Below, one piece after another: positions 57,514-64,000 of a DNA stretch of 64,000 nucleotides (its first letter is position 1; the number at the start of each line of letters is the position of its first letter). The translations under genes and the position numbers were made by a program. The notes under the pieces were generated by a model. That model was given only the letters and a program-made list of their open reading frames with translations, did no database searches and was not told where the DNA came from. Origin of the DNA: Candidatus Cloacimonadales bacterium. Its GTDB lineage: Bacteria > Cloacimonadota > Cloacimonadia > Cloacimonadales > DAONDQ01. The stretch covers positions 3,936,001-4,000,000 of the forward strand of contig OY759316.1 of NCBI GenBank assembly GCA_963662275.1. The letters are read 5' to 3'.

Positions 57514-59307
57514 TTAACGCAACGTTAGAAAAGTAACCAGTTTTTCCCTGAGTACATCCAATCGGAAGGGTTTGGTCAGACAATCGTTAAATCCAGCAGA
57601 AATGTACTTTGCTTCTTCTCCTTCCATGGCGTTAGCAGTAAGAGCGATCACATAGATTTCACTGGTATTGGGATTTGTTCTCAGTCGGGCTATCGTTTCC
57701 AATCCATCCATTACTGGCATCTGGATATCGAGAAAGATCAGATCACAAGGGTTTGATTCCAAGTACTCTAAAGCTAATTGTCCATCGGACACAATGTTCG
57801 AATTCAGATTCAGATTGAGAAGTACTGATTGCATCAACACTTGGTTAATATTATTATCATCTACAACCAGGATATGCAATTTCTCCATTTGACTGGTAAA
57901 ATCATGAGGGGAAAGGGTTGGAGTTGCCGGTTTGTGTTTTTTTGTATTTCCTTCGAGAAAGCCGATTTCACTAATTTTCATCGGAAGGTGGACGACAAAT
58001 GTAGTTCCTTTGCCTAAAGAACTGCATACTGTAATAGTACCTTCCATTAATTGAACAAGTTTCCTGGTGATTGCCAATCCGAGACCCGTACCTTCCTTTT
58101 CAACTTTGGCTGGATCATAGACTTGTTCGAACGCTTCGAATATGCTATCCAATTTATCTTCTGGAATGCCGATTCCTGTATCTTCAATATCAATATGAAG
58201 GATTTCATTCTCGTACAAGGTGCTTATTTTAACCCTTCCAGTATCTGTAAATTTGATCGCATTGGAAATCAGATTGATCAATATCTGGCTGAGTTTTTGT
58301 TCATCAGTCAGCACGATGATGTTCTTCAGTTTCGTGCAATTCACTTCAAACTCAATTTGCTTTTCATCTGCCTTAACCTTCATAATATTATAGATATTAT
58401 TGAGCAGCTTATGGATATTCAGAGGTATCGGATGCATTTCTACTTTTCCGGCTTCTATTTTGGAAAGATCCAGGATATCATTGATGAGACCGAGTAAGTG
58501 GTTACCGGAGTAATGGATGATTTCCAGCTTTTCTTTCTTTGACTCGTCCGTTTCTGCCGTCAGCATCAGTTCGGTGAAGCCAAGTATGGAATTCATCGGA
58601 GTTCGAATCTCATGGCTCATGCTGGCGAGGAAGAGACTCTTTGTCTGATTAACCTTCTTTACTTCATCAATCGCTTCCTTTAATGAAAGATTTACTATCG
58701 TAAGCTCGGTTTGAGATGCTTTAAGTTGAGTCTCTATCTTCTTTCTTTCCTCAATTTCAGCTTTGAGGTTAATGGTACGTTCACTGACTCGTGTCTCAAG
58801 TTCTTCATTCAGTTTTCGAATCACTTGTTCAGCTTTGATCCTTTCCTGGATTTCTCGGCTGAGGTTTATATTCATTGCTTCAATTTCACGATGGATTTCT
58901 CTTTCTCTTTTTATAAAGCGCTGATACAGAAGCAGAAGGCGTATGAGTTCATTATCATTAATGGGTTTTGTCAGATAATCAATACCGCCTACTTCAATGC
59001 CCATCTTCATTTTCTGATGGTCTGGATCAAAAGCTGTGATAAAGATAATGGGGATTTGAGATGTCTTCTTACGCCCATGGATCAGCTTGGCTGTTTCAAA
59101 ACCATCCATCTCGGGCATTTGTACGTCCATCAGGATAATATCGATCTCCTGTGAATTAACATAAGAGAGAGCCTCGTAACCGGATTTTGCCTCAACTAGC
59201 TCCACATCTGGAAAGTGTTGACTGATAATCTGATTCAGGACGAAAAGATTATTTTCATTATCATCCACCAAGAGGATTCTATGATATGAGAAATCATTAG
59301 AAGCCAT
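57514..59307 (-). CDS. Hybrid kinase REC - HisKA - HATPase - REC
   Basis: LMDVQMP, SHEIRTPM, NAIKFT, GTGLGL and FLDIQMP. Confidence 0.92.
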   Translation of the reverse strand: MASNDFSYHRILLVDDNENNLFVLNQIISQHFPDVELVEAKSGYEALSYVNSQEIDIILMDVQMPEMDGFETAKLIHGRKKTSQIPIIFITAFDPDHQKMKMGIEVGGIDYLTKPINDNELIRLLLLYQRFIKREREIHREIEAMNINLSREIQERIKAEQVIRKLNEELETRVSERTINLKAEIEERKKIETQLKASQTELTIVNLSLKEAIDEVKKVNQTKSLFLASMSHEIRTPMNSILGFTELMLTAETDESKKEKLEIIHYSGNHLLGLINDILDLSKIEAGKVEMHPIPLNIHKLLNNIYNIMKVKADEKQIEFEVNCTKLKNIIVLTDEQKLSQILINLISNAIKFTDTGRVKISTLYENEILHIDIEDTGIGIPEDKLDSIFEAFEQVYDPAKVEKEGTGLGLAITRKLVQLMEGTITVCSSLGKGTTFVVHLPMKISEIGFLEGNTKKHKPATPTLSPHDFTSQMEKLHILVVDDNNINQVLMQSVLLNLNLNSNIVSDGQLALEYLESNPCDLIFLDIQMPVMDGLETIARLRTNPNTSEIYVIALTANAMEGEEAKYISAGFNDCLTKPFRLDVLREKLVTFLTLR

Positions 59308-59356
59308 AAATTACCTTCTTTAAGGATAGTAATAGAAGACTTGTATGGTTTGCATT

Positions 59357-61042
59357 TTACATCACTTTTTGGTAGATATTGTGGATTTTATTTATTAAAA
59401 CAAATCCTGGTATTGTATTTGAGATGGTTTCAGATTTTCCAAGCACTAGAAATCCATTCAGATCAAGTGATTGTGCAAAAAGCTGAAAGACCTGTTCCTG
59501 TAATTTCCGATCAAAATAGATCAGCACATTACGACATAAAATCAGTTGAAACTCATGAAAACTCCCCGGGTTTAGCAAACTGTGCTGGAAATACAATATC
59601 TTATTGAGAATTGTATCTTTAACCTTCATTATTCCTTGGTTAATATCAAAATAATCTGCCAGATTTGTATTACCGTCAGCTTTGAGATAAGTATCAGAAG
59701 TCTTACTGAGCAGACTATCAGCATACAAACCATTTCTTGCTTCCTCAATAACGAAGGGATTAATATCAGAAGCATATATCTGAGTTTTTGCTATAAGATT
59801 GGTTTCGGCTAAACTAATAGCTAAGGAAATTGGTTCCATACCTGTGGAGCAACCTGCACTCCAGATCTTGATATGGGGGAATGATGCCAGATAGGGTAGA
59901 ATTTCATGCTTGATATATTTATAAGTTTCAGGTTCACGGAAGAACTCAGTGACATTAATTGAAAATTCTAAAAACAGATACTCAAACATCTCCTCATCTG
60001 CAAGAACCATTTCTCTAAAACGGGTGAAATTGTACACACACAAGTCATTCATAGCTCTGTTGATTCTACGCTTAATGCTTGCTTTTTCATAATTCAAGTA
60101 ATTGTACCCGTATTTGTCATTGACTTCTGTAAGAAAAATCTGGAGTTCTGTGGCTGTAATCTCATTCGCTTTGGGATTGAGCACTCTCTGCAAGTAATGC
60201 ACCATTTCAGGAAGGGGGAATTTGTAAGTGATCTTTCCGGTTTGAATGGCATTTGTAAGCATATCCTTTGCTTCACAATCAGCCGGATCTTCTGCAATGA
60301 CCGTGCATTTATTGTCTTTCAGCATTTGCATGGCAGAGGAACCATCAGCTCCGTAGCCACATAATAGGATGGCGAGTAATTGCTGTTTATACTCTTCAGC
60401 AAGAGATTCAAACAGAAGTGAGATAGAAGGCCGGGAATAGTTCACCTTATCAGCAGAGCTGAGAACAATATGATTTCCTTTGACCAGCATATGAAAACCA
60501 GGAGGTGCAATATAGATATAACCTGGCTCAACAATCATGCCGTCTTCCACTTGTGCGACGTTATAGGTTGTCCGATCTTTAATAAGATTTGGTAGATAAT
60601 TCACTGAGTTTTCCACAATATGTTGAACGATAAAGATCACAATCGGTGCTTTCGGTACGGTCATCATGATATTCAATATTTTATCAAGACTGCCTGCAGA
60701 ACCTCCAATTGCCAGTGCTTTAAAGGTACTTGTTTCGCATAGACTGGTTACACTTTGGGAGATGTATCTATGCCGAATATCCAATTTTGCTAAATATGAA
60801 GCCAAGTATCGATAGAAGACTGTGACTGTGACTTTTTTGTAAATTCCTGATTGTTGACTTTGCTTCAAAGCAGTAATAACTTCAGCAGGGAGCATCCGTG
60901 CATCTAGAAAAGAAATCTCTACATATTCCGTAAGTTTCTTGTTCATTTGACTGATAAACTGCTGTATTTCCTTATCGGATTGAAAAATACCTTGGACACT
61001 CAATTCCAGGATATTATCCTTGATCACCGAATGCAGTTTCAT
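59357..61042 (-). CDS. CheB methylesterase - CheR methyltransferase fusion with a small N-terminal domain
   Basis: CheB triad motifs GGSAG, VQH and GADG. CheR motifs INVTEFFREP, IWSAGCSTG.E, ASDIN and CRNVLIYF. Start taken at ATG 61042. Confidence 0.88.
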   Translation of the reverse strand: MKLHSVIKDNILELSVQGIFQSDKEIQQFISQMNKKLTEYVEISFLDARMLPAEVITALKQSQQSGIYKKVTVTVFYRYLASYLAKLDIRHRYISQSVTSLCETSTFKALAIGGSAGSLDKILNIMMTVPKAPIVIFIVQHIVENSVNYLPNLIKDRTTYNVAQVEDGMIVEPGYIYIAPPGFHMLVKGNHIVLSSADKVNYSRPSISLLFESLAEEYKQQLLAILLCGYGADGSSAMQMLKDNKCTVIAEDPADCEAKDMLTNAIQTGKITYKFPLPEMVHYLQRVLNPKANEITATELQIFLTEVNDKYGYNYLNYEKASIKRRINRAMNDLCVYNFTRFREMVLADEEMFEYLFLEFSINVTEFFREPETYKYIKHEILPYLASFPHIKIWSAGCSTGMEPISLAISLAETNLIAKTQIYASDINPFVIEEARNGLYADSLLSKTSDTYLKADGNTNLADYFDINQGIMKVKDTILNKILYFQHSLLNPGSFHEFQLILCRNVLIYFDRKLQEQVFQLFAQSLDLNGFLVLGKSETISNTIPGFVLINKIHNIYQKVM

Positions 61043-61043
61043 A

Positions 61044-64000
61044 TCATACCCTACGTCCAATCCAAGCAGTAATCATATTCAGTAATCCATCATAATTGAT
61101 GGGTTTGGCGATATAATCATTTGCCCCGGCATCAATACATTTTGCCCGATCCTCTTTCAGTGCCTTGGCTGTCAATGCTATTACAGGGATATGCTTGAGG
61201 TCATCATCCTCGCGTATTTTCTTGAGTGCTGTGTATCCATCCATGATAGGCATCATTATATCCATTAAGACCAAATCATAGTGTTCCTGCTTCATCATTT
61301 CCAAGCCTACTTTTCCATTTTGAGCATCATGAACTATTAAGCCTTTTGGTTCGAGCGCTGAACTGAGTACAAACACATTCTTGATATCATCATCAACGAT
61401 AAGGACACGCTTCCCCTCTAAATTGGTACTGGTAATATCCATAACACCGGGTTTGGCATATTGAAGTGGTTCGTTATCTGTTTTAACTTGATTTAGAAAT
61501 ATGGAAAGTTCATCGACCAGACGTTTTACAGAATTTACTGTTTTGATGATAATTCTGTCAGCATATTGCTTGATCTTCTTTTCTTCAGCTTCACTTAAAT
61601 CTTTACCTGTATAAACGATCAGGGGAATATTGAATTTGGCTTTTCGGATATTAATGCATACATTCAACCCATTACCTTGTCCAAGTCCAAGATCAACAAT
61701 GACAGCATCATAATGTCCTTTAGCAATTTCATTCATCGCTTCATTTTCTGTAGCTACTCCCGTCACTTCTATCTTATCCGTACGTATGAACTCAACAAGT
61801 ACGTTCCTTTGTATATCATTATCTTCAACAATCAAAAGCTGCTTCCGCGAATTATCACTGATATTGAGCAAACTGGAGATCGCATCCTTGATGATATCTT
61901 CCTGGACAGGTTTTTGAATGAAGTCGAGTGCACCGATTTCCATGGTATTTGTATCTTTATCCTGCGAAGAAATAATTTGAACAGGTATATGCCTCAACTC
62001 TTTTGAGCTTTTCAACTTGCGGAGAAGCTCGCTACCGCTCATATCCGGTAAATTGAGATCGAGAATAATGCCTGCCAACCTGTAAGAGCTTGCCAGGTTC
62101 AGAGCTTCACTGGCAGTTTTCGCTTTCAAACACTGCATATTCATGCTGTGGATAATGCTCTCCACGATCCCGGCAAAGATTTCATCATCCTCCACTACCA
62201 GAAACACCTTGCTGCTGTTATCTAAAGTTAAACGATCATCAGTAGCATCTTCCACTTGTGGTTGTACAACTGGTTTTTCGGTTCTTTTCGGAAGTTCGTA
62301 TTCTATATTCTGTCGATAGCCAACTTCCTGTTCCTGGTTTAAAGTCAAAGGTAACCATAATGTAAATGTGCTTCCCTTTCCAATCTCACTTTCCAGTGTG
62401 ATTTCACCTTTCAGAGACTGGGTCAGCCTTTTGGCTATAGTCAAGCCAAGACCAGTTCCGCCAAATTCACGGGAGATTGAGCTATCCACCTGGTGAAAAG
62501 CTTCGAATATCAATTTCAAATTGTCTTTAGGGATACCAACACCTGTGTCTTTAACTTCCAATTTTACCGGATTATTGGGACGCTTTGTCAAAGTCATGAG
62601 CACTTTTACTGAACCCGTATTAGTAAATTTGATCGCATTGGATATGAAGTTCCTCATGATTTGAGAGACTTTATCCTGATCGGTCATTACTTTTTGAGTG
62701 ATCTCATTCGTGATGATAAATTCTATATTTTTATTTTGCGCAAGTTGGATAAAATAATCATTCAGCTCTTTTCCCATTTTACTACTGTCGAGTTGAGAGA
62801 TGGTCAAGCTGGTCTTGCCCGCTTCAATCTTAGACAAATCAAGAATATCATTGATCAGGCGCAGTAATTCTTCACCCGAGGAATGGATGATTGTTGCTTT
62901 CTTGATATCATCTTCTCCTTGGTTTCCCTTATCGTTTCTGGCAATCATTTTGGACAGCATAAGGATGGAATTTAGAGGTGTTCTCAACTCATGGCTCATA
63001 TTGGCTAGAAACTCGGATTTGTATTGATTGCTTGATTCTAATTCCTGAGCTCTCTGATCTAATGCCACTTTGGTGAGCATCAGGCTTTCATTTGTCTGTC
63101 TGAGTTCTTCCGATTGCTGTTGAGTCTGCTGCTGCTGTTCTTCCAATTGAGCATTGGTTTGCTGTAGTTCTTCTGATTGCTGCTGTAATTGCTGTTGCTG
63201 TTCTTCCATAAGGGCATTCGATTGCTGCAATTCCTCGGTTTGCTGCTGCAACTGCTGCTGCTGCTCTTCCATTTGAGTATTGAGTTCCTGCAATGCCCTT
63301 GCCTTTTCTTCAGCATTTGCCTGTGAGTCCTGTGCTTTGCTTAGTAAAATTTTGATTTGCTCCTTTTGCTGTGCTGTAAAAAGATAAGAAGCAATGATAC
63401 TGCTTGATTGATTGAGCAGATCTATTTGAATTGGTGAAAGTGCACTTAAACTGGCAATTTCAATGATCCCGAAAAGTTCGTTTTCATAGAGAAGAGGATA
63501 TGTAAATGTGTATGCTGCTTTGGCAGATGTGCCAGTGATTATTTCTGTTTCCTCGGGACTGCTGTTATGAAGTGCTATCGCCTTTTTTTCTAGAGCAACC
63601 TGACCTATGACTCCTTCACCATATTGGAATGTATTATTAATTCTATCCCGTTCTGTGAATGCATAAGATCCTAATAATTGGAGTGATTTGCCTTCCTTCT
63701 CAGAGACATACAATACACCTTTGCCTGCGTTGATATATCTGCCCATGAAACTGATGGCTTTATCGGCAAGTTTTTGAATAGTCAAGTCACCTGATATTTC
63801 TTGGGCAAGTAGATTTAAGCCGTCTTTTAGCCAGTTTTGCTCTTCGTTATTTGTGGCATTCTTCGAAAGGTTTTCATTCATCTGTTTCAAAGCCATACCT
63901 AATCTGTCATTCTTGCTGCGAAGGTGAATCTCTGTTTGATAATTACCCGAAGCAACAGAGTTCGCCTGTTCCACAACACTGTTCAGGTTAATCACGATAT
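61044..64000 (-). CDS. Hybrid kinase HAMP - GAF - Gln-rich coiled coil - HisKA - HATPase - 3xREC, 5'-partial
   Basis: GEGVIGQVA (GAF), SHELRTPLNS and three REC domains. The frame is open at the window edge. Confidence 0.92.
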   Translation of the reverse strand, partial: IVINLNSVVEQANSVASGNYQTEIHLRSKNDRLGMALKQMNENLSKNATNNEEQNWLKDGLNLLAQEISGDLTIQKLADKAISFMGRYINAGKGVLYVSEKEGKSLQLLGSYAFTERDRINNTFQYGEGVIGQVALEKKAIALHNSSPEETEIITGTSAKAAYTFTYPLLYENELFGIIEIASLSALSPIQIDLLNQSSSIIASYLFTAQQKEQIKILLSKAQDSQANAEEKARALQELNTQMEEQQQQLQQQTEELQQSNALMEEQQQQLQQQSEELQQTNAQLEEQQQQTQQQSEELRQTNESLMLTKVALDQRAQELESSNQYKSEFLANMSHELRTPLNSILMLSKMIARNDKGNQGEDDIKKATIIHSSGEELLRLINDILDLSKIEAGKTSLTISQLDSSKMGKELNDYFIQLAQNKNIEFIITNEITQKVMTDQDKVSQIMRNFISNAIKFTNTGSVKVLMTLTKRPNNPVKLEVKDTGVGIPKDNLKLIFEAFHQVDSSISREFGGTGLGLTIAKRLTQSLKGEITLESEIGKGSTFTLWLPLTLNQEQEVGYRQNIEYELPKRTEKPVVQPQVEDATDDRLTLDNSSKVFLVVEDDEIFAGIVESIIHSMNMQCLKAKTASEALNLASSYRLAGIILDLNLPDMSGSELLRKLKSSKELRHIPVQIISSQDKDTNTMEIGALDFIQKPVQEDIIKDAISSLLNISDNSRKQLLIVEDNDIQRNVLVEFIRTDKIEVTGVATENEAMNEIAKGHYDAVIVDLGLGQGNGLNVCINIRKAKFNIPLIVYTGKDLSEAEEKKIKQYADRIIIKTVNSVKRLVDELSIFLNQVKTDNEPLQYAKPGVMDITSTNLEGKRVLIVDDDIKNVFVLSSALEPKGLIVHDAQNGKVGLEMMKQEHYDLVLMDIMMPIMDGYTALKKIREDDDLKHIPVIALTAKALKEDRAKCIDAGANDYIAKPINYDGLLNMITAWIGRRV
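63092..63282 (-). repeat. 63-bp (21-aa) imperfect tandem repeat x3
   Basis: NTQMEEQQQQLQQQTEELQQS / NALMEEQQQQLQQQSEELQQT / NAQLEEQQQQTQQQSEELRQT. Confidence 0.85.

Noticed and set aside
59357..64000. Flagellar chemotaxis operon
   Set aside because: No CheA, CheW, stand-alone CheY or MCP in the window.

Overview
AT-rich bacterial chromosomal window. The secreted proteins with FlgD/T9SS-like C-termini, the hcp operon and the repeat families suggest an anaerobe such as Candidatus Cloacimonadota; this is inference only. Contents from left to right: (1) 1-11.9 kb, a surface-glycan locus with CoA ligase, flippase-like protein, CapA-family protein, flavin oxidoreductase, GT2, acyltransferase, DegT aminotransferase and a convergent rmlA-MaoC-CitE-rmlB operon. 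(2) 12-20.9 kb, an accessory region with a degenerate GGDEF protein, a 1.1-kb intergenic stretch full of interleaved inverted repeats, a secreted FGE/CLec-fold protein whose 3' end looks like a diversity-generating retroelement (DGR) variable region with no template or RT in the window, a secreted partner gene, and an IS1182 inserted in a palindromic repeat array. (3) 21-32 kb, TetR-ferredoxin-hcp, a large secreted protein, a polar amino-acid ABC transporter, a cNMP histidine kinase and rpmB. (4) 33.5-44.1 kb, a probable defence island: an Ntn-hydrolase/proteasome-like gene with an unlisted 59-aa partner, a type IC-like restriction-modification system with a 12-bp repeat in hsdS, a guanylate kinase-nucleoside deoxyribosyltransferase fusion with a membrane protein, TIR-like gene remnants cut by an IS21-like end, and a HicB/HicA-like pair. 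(5) 44.8-64 kb, a dense signalling cluster of hybrid kinases, REC-PP2C, Hpt and a CheB-CheR fusion, plus two glycosyltransferases. No rRNA, tRNA or CRISPR array was supported. All family calls come from motif recognition, not database searches.
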